From a virus, in the IMG/VR virus record IMGVR_UViG_3300045136_000099: a DNA stretch of 47,636 bases; one strand, 5' to 3'. The number at the start of each line of letters is the position of its first letter. Positions within the stretch are counted from its first letter, which is position 1. Shown piece after piece: positions 19,619-28,430 of the stretch. The notes under the pieces were generated by a model, which saw only the letters and a list, made by a program, of their open reading frames with translations, was not told where the DNA came from and did no database searches. The position numbers and the translations under genes were made by a program.

Positions 19619-21852
19619 TTCGCCTCGAAGTAGTTCGGCCCCCAACCGACCGAAACTTGCAAGGGCACCAGCAGAGGGGTGCCATTAGCCGTCGCGCTGA
19701 CCATGTGGTGCTTCAGGATCTCGGCCGCGCGTTCGACGTGCTCGACTGGCCCGATGGCCACCAGCTCGTCATGGACCTGCAAGACGATTCCAAATCCAAT
19801 CCGTTTGAATTCCTCGTCAGCTCCGATTCGCACCATCGCGTCGCTGATGATCTCGGCGCCCGTGGCCTGCATCGGGAAGTTGTAGCCACGGCGGTAGCCG
19901 CGAGCGCGAAGCCAGTCCGGCGCGGATTCGTCGGACTCCTCGTACAGCGGACACCATCGTCCACCGAGCGAGTAGATGCCGCGATTCTCGTCGATGTACT
20001 CGCGGCACCACGCCTGCCACTTGAACGGCCCCGGCACCGCTTCCGCGATACCGGCCAGCATGTCGCCGGCCACCTTCTCACCGATCGGCTTCCCGTCCGG
20101 CCCCGGCAGAATCGAGAACCCGTAAGCCCCCTTGCCGTACTGAAGACCGTACCAAACGGTCTTGATCATGCCGCGCAGAATCGCGCCGTAGGGGTGCTTC
20201 TTGAATTCGCCGCTCGGTATCTCGTCGACGTGCTTCCCGGCGTACGGGCACTCCACCAGCTCGCCGTCCTTGAGGCACTTCTCCGGCACCCGCCAGCCGA
20301 GGTAGTGGCCGAACACCCGCTTGGCGTTCTCGACGTGAATGTCCGGTGCCCCCGGCGCGACCATTGCCTCCAGCTGCGTGTCGCCAAACAGCCGCTTGCA
20401 TAGGTCGGCCAGGATCACGACTTCCAGCGCCGAGTAGTCGGCGACGAGAACCACGTGACCAGGGGGTGCTATGATGGCTTTGCGGACTTGGTAGAGATCA
20501 ACCTCCTCGCGGTTCGTTAGTTGCTGCGCCTCGAGCACCCCTTTCACACCCAGCCGGCCGGTGACGGCACCGTTTCGGTCGTCGCTGTCGCCCGCCGGCC
20601 CGCAGATGGGATTCACCCATCCGCCCGAATCGCGCATCTTGAGCAGGTACTTCTTCTGCCCGCGCACCGCCCGCAGCCGGAGAATGTGCTCAATCAGCTG
20701 CTTCGCCGGCTTGTGGTTCTTCGCGATCCAATCCAGCGCCGCGCCGTCGAGCTTGATTTGGCCCCGCTTGACCTTGCCCTTCTTCCACACGGGCGAGCGC
20801 GGGAACTCGAGCAGGTCGAAGAAGTCCGCCATTTGCGGCGGCGAGCTCCAAATGGCGTCGATGTCCTCGTCGTCGCGGAGGTACCACTCGTTGTCCTCGG
20901 GGAAGACGTTCTTGCGATACCAGCGACGCAGCCACTCCAACTCGGCCGCCTCATCGGCGCACGCTTGGTTGTACTTGTCACTCGCGTACTGGACATCGAT
21001 GGGGAAGCCGCGCCGCTCCATCAGGACGATCTCGTTGACGACCTCCTGGTTGAAGCCCGGCCGCCCGTCGTCGTGATAGACGTACGGTGCTGGGTCGGCC
21101 TCCATCTCGCACAGCTCCTCGACCTCCACGGCGGCAATCGCGTCAACTGCCGCGTAGTCGACGAGCAGCGGATGCCGCTCGTGGCCCGGAACGATGCTCT
21201 CCAGTGAGTACTCGGCGTCTACCTCCTTCTCCTCGACGAATGTCTCGGTGAATTCGCGCTTCGTCTTGATGTGCCCCTTGCGCAACCGGCACCCCTCAAC
21301 ACCACAGGAGCACTCGGTGACCTTCACCTTGCGCTGCTTCTCGACTTGGATCTTCGCCCGGTAACGAACCACGTCGACGAATTCGCAGACCGGCTCGTAC
21401 CCCAGCTTCGACACCATCAACGACTTCAGGCCGAAACCACCCGCCGAAACCAGCTCGGGCCACACCCACCGCGCGAAGTCCAGCGTGTTGATGGCGCCGC
21501 GCAGCTTGATGCCGTGGTTGGCGCATGCGTGGTCGTCCACCGGCTGGTTGTGGATGCACTTGAGGATCGACTCGTCCTCGAGCAGCTCCCGAATCGGCGG
21601 GTACTCTAGAGCAGCAGCAGGTAGCACCCAGCCGCGAGCGCGGTGATAGCCGCGAGGGCTAAGGCGCTTCGTGCGGATCGCGATCGAGAAGACATGAATC
21701 TTCGCTCGTCCGACGCAGGACTGCTTCCGCACGTCCACGTCGTAGAACTCAGTGTCGAACCCGATGATCCGAGCACGACGACAGCGCTCGACCAGCTCAT
21801 CCCACTGCTCGGGTCGATCGAGGTACTTGACCTCATTGATCCCGGATGACAT
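19615..21852 (-). CDS. Family-A DNA polymerase with N-terminal 3'-5' exonuclease
   Basis: Exo I IGFDTEF, motif A DYSALEVVILA, motif B RGMIKTVWYGLQYGKG, motif C LQVHDELV. Confidence 0.9.
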   Translation of the reverse strand: MSSGINEVKYLDRPEQWDELVERCRRARIIGFDTEFYDVDVRKQSCVGRAKIHVFSIAIRTKRLSPRGYHRARGWVLPAAALEYPPIRELLEDESILKCIHNQPVDDHACANHGIKLRGAINTLDFARWVWPELVSAGGFGLKSLMVSKLGYEPVCEFVDVVRYRAKIQVEKQRKVKVTECSCGVEGCRLRKGHIKTKREFTETFVEEKEVDAEYSLESIVPGHERHPLLVDYAAVDAIAAVEVEELCEMEADPAPYVYHDDGRPGFNQEVVNEIVLMERRGFPIDVQYASDKYNQACADEAAELEWLRRWYRKNVFPEDNEWYLRDDEDIDAIWSSPPQMADFFDLLEFPRSPVWKKGKVKRGQIKLDGAALDWIAKNHKPAKQLIEHILRLRAVRGQKKYLLKMRDSGGWVNPICGPAGDSDDRNGAVTGRLGVKGVLEAQQLTNREEVDLYQVRKAIIAPPGHVVLVADYSALEVVILADLCKRLFGDTQLEAMVAPGAPDIHVENAKRVFGHYLGWRVPEKCLKDGELVECPYAGKHVDEIPSGEFKKHPYGAILRGMIKTVWYGLQYGKGAYGFSILPGPDGKPIGEKVAGDMLAGIAEAVPGPFKWQAWCREYIDENRGIYSLGGRWCPLYEESDESAPDWLRARGYRRGYNFPMQATGAEIISDAMVRIGADEEFKRIGFGIVLQVHDELVAIGPVEHVERAAEILKHHMVSATANGTPLLVPLQVSVGWGPNYFEAK

Positions 21853-22279
21853 GGACGAACCCCGACTTGCCCATCCTTCGGGCTTGCTTCACCGTCCAGC
21901 ACCCGCCGCTCTTGACGTGTTCGTCCGTCCCGCAGTGGTAACAGAAGTCGAACCTCATCCCGTCGTAGTGCGGCGGATACGTGGCGATCGTGATGCAGTG
22001 CACCTCCGTACTCGCTCGCGCGATTTGAAGGTTCCGCTTCTTGTAGGCTTCCCAACCTCGGAACTTGGGCGGGAAGATCAGCTTCTCGAGCTCGAGCTCG
22101 TCGGCCACTTCCTCGGCCCAAATGTCAATGCCGCCCAAATGGCAGTGCCCCGACGACACCGCCACCACGTCCGGGCGAGCGAGCAACGAACGGATGTAGT
22201 TCCGCGCGTGCCGCTCACCAAGCGCGGTGAACTTCGCACCCTCGGACCCGACGATCCCGACGACCCTACCTTTCGCCAT
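21833..22279 (-). CDS. Hypothetical protein, possibly SLOG/DUF2493-like with a C-terminal Cys/His cluster
   Basis: VVGIVGSEG...VVAVSSGHCHLGGIDIWAEE resembles a DUF2493-type Rossmann-like fold, with CYHCGTDEH..GGC at the end. Weak call. Confidence 0.35.
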   Translation of the reverse strand: MAKGRVVGIVGSEGAKFTALGERHARNYIRSLLARPDVVAVSSGHCHLGGIDIWAEEVADELELEKLIFPPKFRGWEAYKKRNLQIARASTEVHCITIATYPPHYDGMRFDFCYHCGTDEHVKSGGCWTVKQARRMGKSGFVHVIRDQ

Positions 22280-22478
22280 GCAGGTACTCGTCGAGCCATC
22301 GCTCGTAGCAGCGACGAATCACGCCCTGCGTGAACCCGCCGATGGTGTCATCCACCGCCACCGCCACCTTGACCTTCGTGACGATGTCGTCACGCAGATC
22401 AGCGAGCAGCCAGAGCGTGGCCAACGGATACTTCCACTGGCCTACAGGACGACTCCTTCGTACTTCGTATCCCGCCAT
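22266..22478 (-). CDS. Hypothetical protein (70 aa)
   Basis: ATG preceded by GGAGGCCAA, the same 12-mer GGAGGCCAAATG as at the first early gene. Confidence 0.5.
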   Translation of the reverse strand: MAGYEVRRSRPVGQWKYPLATLWLLADLRDDIVTKVKVAVAVDDTIGGFTQGVIRRCYERWLDEYLHGER

Positions 22479-22870
22479 TTGGCCTCCAGCTCGTCGACCG
22501 AGTAGGTCAGCACGAGCTCACTGTCAGCCGAGTCGGCGACTAGATACCGCTCACCGAGCACCCCAATCACCGCAACCCAATGGTCGCCGGGACTACCGCT
22601 GTTCCAAGCAACCACTGCCGGCCGACCGCGCCTTACCGCGTGTTCGAGCTTCAGCAGTGCTACGTCTCGCCGCGCTTCCCGAAGCACCCACGGGCTACAG
22701 CCGTCGATCTTCGATGCCGCCTTGAGAATCCCGCGTGTGGGGGTGCCATTAGTGGCGCTTGTCCCGCACGCCTTCTCCAGCTCCTCAGCCGACCGCTTGA
22801 TGCCGAGGGCCTCGAGCGCGTTCTTCAGCGCAAACGGCCCGCAGTTAGCCTGAGAGTCCTGCATGCGCAT
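22442..22870 (-). CDS. Peptidase C39-like / papain-fold cysteine peptidase domain protein
   Basis: QANCGPFALKNAL (catalytic Cys context) and GDHWVAVIG (His context). GAGGAGG lies upstream of the ATG. Confidence 0.5.
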   Translation of the reverse strand: MRMQDSQANCGPFALKNALEALGIKRSAEELEKACGTSATNGTPTRGILKAASKIDGCSPWVLREARRDVALLKLEHAVRRGRPAVVAWNSGSPGDHWVAVIGVLGERYLVADSADSELVLTYSVDELEAKWRDTKYEGVVL

Positions 22871-23071
22871 CTAGCCCTCCTCATGTGGCTCCTGCGTCTT
22901 CGCTGGATGTCCCGGCTTGGCAACGAAGTGCATGTGCTCGATGAGCTTGTAGACCCGCGCTGCGACGCCCTTAGCGGCATAATGTCGTGCCATAGCTCGC
23001 GCGTTCGCTTCAGAGAGAAGCGCTACGAGCGCTGGCTTGGGCTGCTCGTCGGAAATGACCACGCACATCAT
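22871..23071 (-). CDS. Hypothetical protein (66 aa)
   Basis: ORF with an ATGA overlap to the upstream stop. Confidence 0.45.
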   Translation of the reverse strand: MMCVVISDEQPKPALVALLSEANARAMARHYAAKGVAARVYKLIEHMHFVAKPGHPAKTQEPHEEG

Positions 23072-23892
23072 CGGTACACGTGCCCCTGGTACTCGAACAC
23101 CGGCCGGTTGTGCCGATCGCGGTGCACCTCGATTTGGTCGATGGTGAATCGCGGGCGACCGTCGATGTAGTAGACCGTCACGATGGAGAACGACTGCTGC
23201 CAGCCGGGGTAACCACCGGTGTACTTCGCATGCGTCAGCTCGATGCTCATGTGGCCGCCACCGAACGCGCCGTACGTCTTCGGATTGCCGTCGTCCGTTT
23301 GCACCGTCCAGAACGTGGCGAACCGGCGGTGCAGGTGGCCGATCATCGTGATCTGATTCGGCGCGAGCTTGCGGATGCGGTTGCCGGGATTCTCACCGCC
23401 GCTACCCGTCGGGAAGAAGCCGTGCCCGTGCTCGATGACCAGCGAACCGAGACGGATTCGCGATTCGCTGTCCAGCACCCTCCAGCCTTCGCCGTCGGAC
23501 GGCAGCCCAAGCAGCTGCTCCACCGTCACCGCACCCGACAGCGACGGGTCGGACTCGATCTTGTCCTCCACCCACCGCTCGTGGTTACCGCGCATCAGCA
23601 CCGACCAGCGAGTGCGCGCCCAATCGTAGATCCAGCGGCCCGGCGTGACCGACTCGTGCAGCCTGCCCAAATCGATCGTGTCCCGTGCGCGCTTGGCGTC
23701 GTGTCGCGAGCTAACGCCGCAGTCCGCGATGTCGCCGTTCAGCACCACGTGCGTCACACCCGCCCGCTCACAACACTCGACTGCAAGCCGCATGGCCGGG
23801 TCGTCGTGAAACGGAATGTGGATGTCGTGGAAGACAGCGATCTTGGAGCCGTCGGGAACGTCAGCCCGCGTCAGCTTGTGCGTCTTGTTCAC
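23068..23892 (-). CDS. Calcineurin-like metallophosphoesterase
   Basis: DIHIPFHD, NGDIADCG, RGNHE, IEHGH and IGHLH. GTG start in a GTGA overlap with the upstream stop. Confidence 0.7.
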   Translation of the reverse strand: MNKTHKLTRADVPDGSKIAVFHDIHIPFHDDPAMRLAVECCERAGVTHVVLNGDIADCGVSSRHDAKRARDTIDLGRLHESVTPGRWIYDWARTRWSVLMRGNHERWVEDKIESDPSLSGAVTVEQLLGLPSDGEGWRVLDSESRIRLGSLVIEHGHGFFPTGSGGENPGNRIRKLAPNQITMIGHLHRRFATFWTVQTDDGNPKTYGAFGGGHMSIELTHAKYTGGYPGWQQSFSIVTVYYIDGRPRFTIDQIEVHRDRHNRPVFEYQGHVYR

Positions 23893-24503
23893 TGAATCCA
23901 AGGGAGCCGCTCGTAGAGCTCCGTCAGGTACTCCTCCTCGGCGCGCGCGGGCGACCAAGGGGTGAAGTTGTCGAATAGCTCGTCCGGCGTGATCTCGAAC
24001 GGCGTTAGCGGACCGGCGTAGTCCTCGCTGATGTCCACGCCGTCACGCATCGCATCGCCGTAGACCACCAGCCGCTCGGTCAGCCACATGCGGTCATCGA
24101 CCTGGCGCACGAGCGGGTCGCCGACAAACAGCAGGTTGAATCGGTCCTCGACGGCGATGTCCCACTTCGACTCGAGCGCCTTGTAGTCCGCAAGCAGACT
24201 CTTGAGCGGCGCCGACACGTCACCGAGCACGTGCTCCGCTGCGTCGTGGATCAAGACGCGCGCCGGCAGCTTCGGCTCACTCTGATAGAACCGGGCCGCC
24301 ATTCGAGCGCCCACGACCATGTGCTGCGCGATGGACATCTCGGTGGCGCCGGTGTACCGATGCACCCGCGCCGCGTGATAGGCGAGGTCGCGCAGGCGAA
24401 TTTGCTCCGGGCTCGGCTGCGCCAAATAGACCTTCTCACCCGAGTGCATGCGGATGTACGGCCCGCGCGGATCCGTCCGCCACTTACTGCCCGGCGTCGA
24501 CAT
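23889..24503 (-). CDS. HD-domain phosphohydrolase (YfbR-like 5'-deoxynucleotidase type)
   Basis: SIAQHM...LIHDAAEHVLGDVSAPLK. Confidence 0.6.
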   Translation of the reverse strand: MSTPGSKWRTDPRGPYIRMHSGEKVYLAQPSPEQIRLRDLAYHAARVHRYTGATEMSIAQHMVVGARMAARFYQSEPKLPARVLIHDAAEHVLGDVSAPLKSLLADYKALESKWDIAVEDRFNLLFVGDPLVRQVDDRMWLTERLVVYGDAMRDGVDISEDYAGPLTPFEITPDELFDNFTPWSPARAEEEYLTELYERLPWIQ

Positions 24504-24768
24504 TCGGCTCCTTCTCGATGATGTCGTACTCGCCGTTAGCGACTCGCGCCTCGGCGAGCTGCTCCTCCGTCGTCTTCGACTCGTCCGGCTCCGGGCGCGG
24601 GATCGAAACGAGCGCCCGCATCTCGTAGCCCTTGTTGGGGTGCCGATCGCGCAGCCACTTCACGGATGCCGCGCACTGCTTCGCGCCCCAATACGTCGGT
24701 TTGAACTTCATCACGGAGACGCCGAGACCGTTGACGATCTCGAAGCCCCGCAGGATCTCGTTACTCAT
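24484..24768 (-). CDS. Hypothetical protein (94 aa)
   Basis: ORF only. Confidence 0.5.
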   Translation of the reverse strand: MSNEILRGFEIVNGLGVSVMKFKPTYWGAKQCAASVKWLRDRHPNKGYEMRALVSIPRPEPDESKTTEEQLAEARVANGEYDIIEKEPNVDAGQ

Positions 24769-24829
24769 GCTCCTCCGTCAGCGCGCACATGAGGTACAGC
24801 GCCAGCAGCAACAGCACCCCTAACCCCAC
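24761..24829 (-). CDS. Possible 22-aa hydrophobic micro-ORF bridging two genes
   Basis: My translation is VGLGVLLLLALYLMCALTEEHE. The GTG overlaps the upstream TAG, and its end overlaps the next ATG. Confidence 0.25.
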   Translation of the reverse strand: MGLGVLLLLALYLMCALTEEHE

Positions 24830-25200
24830 TAGGCCCCCTTGGGGGTGCGCACCAGCTCGGCGGCGGGACCCTTCGGGGGACGGTTGTCGATCAGGAAACC
24901 GCCGTGATAGGCGTCGAGCAGAATCCCGACGCAAGCCGCGATGCCGTCGAGATGCAGCTTGCCGTTTGCACTCTCGGGGTCCACGTCCTCGCCGTCGACG
25001 AACGCCGCAAGATGGCGCTGGATCGCGCCGACGTAGGTCATCGCCTCGACCTTCGTGTTGCGCCAGTTGAACGCGCCGTACTTCACCGCGCCCTCACCAA
25101 ACGCGCGCGCCGCGCCGATGACCAGCGCCGGTGGCACGGTGTGCATCGGCACCTTCTTGTCGCCGTATGCCTGCTTCGGGTTCGGCGGGTTCACGCTCAC
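24829..25200 (-). CDS. DUF5664-like (dATP/dGTP diphosphohydrolase N-terminal-type) protein
   Basis: GAARAFGEGAVKYGAFNWRN...YVGAIQRHLAAFVDGEDVDPESANGKLHLDGIAACVGILL matches the pattern I recall for that family. GTG start in a GTGA overlap. Confidence 0.45.
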   Translation of the reverse strand: MSVNPPNPKQAYGDKKVPMHTVPPALVIGAARAFGEGAVKYGAFNWRNTKVEAMTYVGAIQRHLAAFVDGEDVDPESANGKLHLDGIAACVGILLDAYHGGFLIDNRPPKGPAAELVRTPKGA

Positions 25201-25445
25201 TGGCCCTCCGACTCGTCGACGATCTCGTACTCGTCGCGCTCGAACGCCGCGCCCCAGAAAGGCCCGAGATTCGCCTCGAAGAAATCGTCGGGATTGGCTG
25301 GCTGGTAGCTGGCCGGATCGATCGTGAACATCCCGTTGGCGTCGTAGCCGTCGACGACACCCTCGCATCCCTCGAAACAGCTCTTTGCATTCAGACGCAC
25401 ACGCTGGCCGACTGCCGGCTGCGACTGCGGAATCGCTTCGTACAT
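25197..25445 (-). CDS. Hypothetical protein (82 aa from MYEAIPQ)
   Basis: First ATG after the upstream stop. Confidence 0.45.
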   Translation of the reverse strand: MYEAIPQSQPAVGQRVRLNAKSCFEGCEGVVDGYDANGMFTIDPASYQPANPDDFFEANLGPFWGAAFERDEYEIVDESEGQ

Positions 25446-25450
25446 CTCAC

Positions 25451-25783
25451 TCACTGCGCGGTGCCGCGTGGCCCGCGAATCAGGAAGGCCCATCGAGTGC
25501 TCTCCGGCGTGTACGCCTCGACCACCCGACCCTTGAATCGACTACCGTAGAACTCCCGAGCCCAACGCTCAGCAGCACCCCAGCTCGGGAAGCGACGACC
25601 GGGACCCTTCGCGCGCCCTAATGGCCCGCTAATGACCCAATCGTCGGGATGCCGGTCCGAATAGTTGAACGCGACGCCTTCAACCTCGTCGTCGTCCATC
25701 CAGTATTCGGGTACGAGGTGCTCTGCTTCTGTTATCGGATCGTCGAGCTCGGGGATGTCGTCAGGTCCCGGAAGCGGACGCAT
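25451..25783 (-). CDS. Hypothetical protein (110 aa)
   Basis: ORF only. Confidence 0.5.
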   Translation of the reverse strand: MRPLPGPDDIPELDDPITEAEHLVPEYWMDDDEVEGVAFNYSDRHPDDWVISGPLGRAKGPGRRFPSWGAAERWAREFYGSRFKGRVVEAYTPESTRWAFLIRGPRGTAQ

Positions 25784-25967
25784 TCGCTACTGCCTCGGCC
25801 GCGAGCACGATGTCGTCGATGAAGAAGCTGACATCCGGCGCCATCTCGCGGAGCACCTTCTGGATGTCCTCGGTGATGCGCACGATCGAGCACCCCTCGA
25901 ACTCCTTCGAGTCGATGCTCAGACGAGCCGACGTGGTGCCAACGAACTCGAAGTCCAAACGGCTCAC
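25761..25967 (-). CDS. Hypothetical protein (68 aa)
   Basis: GTG start in a GTGA overlap with the upstream stop. Confidence 0.45.
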   Translation of the reverse strand: MSRLDFEFVGTTSARLSIDSKEFEGCSIVRITEDIQKVLREMAPDVSFFIDDIVLAAEAVANASASGT

Positions 25968-26158
25968 GACAGTAGCTCCTTGTCCTTCTCGTAGGCGCCG
26001 TCGACTTCGAGCTTCGCCGCGCCCTTGTTGAGTGCCTTGGCCATGTCGCGCGCCTGCTCGGCGTTGAGCACGATCGACGCGGTGACCGGCGACGAATTGA
26101 CCATCAGCATCAGCTTCTCGCCGACGCGAACGAGCATCATGGAAAACTCGTGCATCAC
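25964..26158 (-). CDS. Hypothetical protein (64 aa)
   Basis: GTG/ATG start overlapping the helicase stop (AAGTGATGCAC). Confidence 0.45.
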   Translation of the reverse strand: MMHEFSMMLVRVGEKLMLMVNSSPVTASIVLNAEQARDMAKALNKGAAKLEVDGAYEKDKELLS

Positions 26159-27180
26159 TTCTCCTTGCTCGGCAGGTCAAAGAAGCGCGCCGTCTTCAAG
26201 TCGACGCCCACGATGACCTTGCCCTCTGCGCCGAAGTTGTTCTTCGGTCGCGTGATCTCCATGCGGTTGTCTTCGACGTTGCGGCCGGCACGTCGCAAAT
26301 AGCGGCCGGGTCTAAACAGCGCTTGGAAGTCCTTCGCCTCGATGCCGGCGGCGGTGCACCAGGCGAGGTCACTCACACCAAACGGCCGGAAGCCCTCGAT
26401 GTCCGGCTGCGCGTTCGAGTCCTTCCACAACGAGCGCGCCATCCGCTCCTGACCGCGCTCCTCAAGCTGCTTGGTGTTCATCTGCGAAAAGCCGACGCAG
26501 GCACAGCCGTCGCGCTTCGCAATCTCGTTGAACTCGGCGCACCCCTGACGAATGGACTCCTCCATCGTCATGCCCTTGCGCGGGCGTAGGATCTGCCAGT
26601 AGTTGATGACGCGGAGGTCAGCGTCGCTTTCGTCCATGATCCGAAGCGCCTCGTCCATCGACATCGGTTGGTCGTGGTACTCGATGTTCTCGCCCCACTC
26701 CTCGATCTCGCTGGCGGCGATTCCGATCTTCAAGAGGTCGCGCTCATCGACCTCCACGTGCATCATCTTGGCGTTGTTGATCCCGGTGAGCGTCGAAAGC
26801 GAGCGGTCAGCCGTCCGCTCCTTCGGGTCCTCCGGTGCGATCACCTCGACGGTGTAGCCGGCCTTTGCCGCCGCCGAGATGATGTGCAGCATCCAGAGGT
26901 CCTTGCCCTCGCCGCTGTTTGCGCCAATCAATGTTGCGATGCCGCGCTTGATGCCGGCCCGCTTGTCGTACTCCTTCAGCCCCGTCGGGATGATGGCTCG
27001 CGGATCTTCACCGCGATCCTTCGCCTCCTTCTGGTGCTTCAGCTCCTCGTACCGGAGCCGGACGATCTCGCTGTACTTCACGCGGCTCCTCGGGTTGCCT
27101 TTCCGGTAGCCCTTTGCGCTCCCTGTAGCCGCAACTGCACGGGTAGAACCAGTCAAGGTTCGCCGTGCAATCGTCGGCAT
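26155..27180 (-). CDS. DnaB/RecA-fold replicative helicase-like ATPase
   Basis: TGLKEYDKRAGIKRGIATLIGANSGEGKD (P-loop-like, DnaB C-terminal-domain arrangement). Lies in the replication module. Confidence 0.55.
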   Translation of the reverse strand: MPTIARRTLTGSTRAVAATGSAKGYRKGNPRSRVKYSEIVRLRYEELKHQKEAKDRGEDPRAIIPTGLKEYDKRAGIKRGIATLIGANSGEGKDLWMLHIISAAAKAGYTVEVIAPEDPKERTADRSLSTLTGINNAKMMHVEVDERDLLKIGIAASEIEEWGENIEYHDQPMSMDEALRIMDESDADLRVINYWQILRPRKGMTMEESIRQGCAEFNEIAKRDGCACVGFSQMNTKQLEERGQERMARSLWKDSNAQPDIEGFRPFGVSDLAWCTAAGIEAKDFQALFRPGRYLRRAGRNVEDNRMEITRPKNNFGAEGKVIVGVDLKTARFFDLPSKEK

Positions 27181-27200
27181 GCGGTCCTGGCCACCGCTGT

Positions 27201-27680
27201 CTAGATTTCGTCATCACTCAACTCGACCGGCGACGAATCGCGGAGGTGTGGGGTGCTCGTTGCTGGCAGCTCCATCTGCGCCCCCGCGAGCAACTTGTCG
27301 GCCTGGCGAACCAGCGACTCGGCCCGGATGACACCCTTCCACTCGGCGCCGGCCACCTTCGCGATGGTGGTGCAGTCGGAGCGGGTTAGCCCGAGCGCCT
27401 GGATTCGATTCTTCATCTGCCCAAGCACCCCTCTAGCCTCGTATCGCGGCGCCAACAGTCTAGGCCCGAGCACCTCGCGGAACGCCTTGATGGCGTCCGG
27501 CACCGTCAAATAGCTGCGCTGTTTGACCGGCAGCTCAGCGAGTTCGAGCTTCTTCAGCACCGACTCGCCAGCCCTAACGGCCTTGGTGTCACCAACCTCC
27601 GCGTCAGCCTTAACGGCATTCTCAAGCCAGCCCCGCATCCACTCGCGCTCGGCCTTGGTGAACCGAATCGCGCCAGCCAT
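27201..27680 (-). CDS. Hypothetical protein (159 aa), replication-module position
   Basis: ORF only. Confidence 0.5.
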   Translation of the reverse strand: MAGAIRFTKAEREWMRGWLENAVKADAEVGDTKAVRAGESVLKKLELAELPVKQRSYLTVPDAIKAFREVLGPRLLAPRYEARGVLGQMKNRIQALGLTRSDCTTIAKVAGAEWKGVIRAESLVRQADKLLAGAQMELPATSTPHLRDSSPVELSDDEI

Positions 27681-27683
27681 TAG

Positions 27684-28160
27684 TTACTCGGACTCCTGCA
27701 AGTCCTCGTCATCCGCGTCGAGGTCCTGCACCTGGCGCGGCTTCTTCGCGGCGCTCTTCGCAGCCTTCTTGCCGCCCTTCTTCTTGCCGCGCATGCTGCC
27801 GGCACCCGGCTCCCATCCGCGCTCCTTCACTGTCTGGAGGAGGTCAATCGAGGGGTACAGCTCCGCGCGAACAACCTCGAAGCTCACCTTCTCGTTGTCG
27901 TCACCCCAGCGCCGAATCGCTGGGAAGCCAGCGAAGCCCAGCACGTCGCCCTTCTCCAGATGCGACGCGAAGTCCGCCTGCCGATCGTTCACGGCGATCT
28001 CGACCCAGAGGTCGTCGTGGCGTTCGCTGCGCGAGGTGCAAACGACAGTCAGCTTGACGAGCGGCTTCTCGCCACCCTCGATGATCTGCGGATCCTTGGC
28101 CAGCCGCGCATTCTGCATCCACATGCCCGCCTGCGAGTCATATTTCTTATACTCAGCCAT
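27684..28160 (-). CDS. ssb: Single-stranded DNA-binding protein
   Basis: OB-fold-like core (LVKLTVVCTS...LWVEIAVNDRQADF...KVSFEVVRAEL), a basic linker and the acidic tail DLDADDEDLQESE. Start at MAEYKKY. Confidence 0.65.
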   Translation of the reverse strand: MAEYKKYDSQAGMWMQNARLAKDPQIIEGGEKPLVKLTVVCTSRSERHDDLWVEIAVNDRQADFASHLEKGDVLGFAGFPAIRRWGDDNEKVSFEVVRAELYPSIDLLQTVKERGWEPGAGSMRGKKKGGKKAAKSAAKKPRQVQDLDADDEDLQESE

Positions 28161-28430
28161 TCCAAAACCGTCCGCGCACAATGGCGCATACGTGCGAGGG
28201 CGAAATGGAGTACCGCTCGGCAATACGCCGCTGCACGACTCCCTCTTTCGCCAGTGCCCTAATTGCCTGGACTTCATCGGCGGTGAGCCGAGTTGAGCGC
28301 CGATTGCGCGCCTGCTCCTTGGCAGTCGCCCATCGACAATTTCCAGGCTCGTACCCTTTGCTGTTATCGATACGCTCGCAGACAGCGCGACCGCATCGCC
28401 TGCCAGCTGGCGTACTCACGCCTATGCGAG
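28153..28430 (-). pseudogene. Decayed HNH homing-endonuclease gene (internal deletion plus frameshift)
   Basis: One frame reads MPKRSHRREYASWQAMRSRC then stops after LRAYR. Another frame continues ERIDNSKGYEPGNCRWATAKEQ plus an HTH-like tail. Compare the intact copy at 15844..16185 (YISWQAMRQRC ... LDRIDPFGNYEPSNCRWATKSEQ). Confidence 0.6.

Noticed and set aside
19670-19690. Sigma54-type promoters in the recurring TGGCACCCC strings (also at 22737, 31381 and 33172)
   Set aside because: The GG-to-GC spacing is 9 nt rather than the required 10. There is no TTGC -12 element, and most copies are inside coding regions.
19277-25200. Z-genome (2-aminoadenine) pathway, suggested by MazG, HD and DUF5664-like hydrolases
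   Set aside because: There is no PurZ/adenylosuccinate-synthetase-like ORF or any other base-synthesis gene in the genome.
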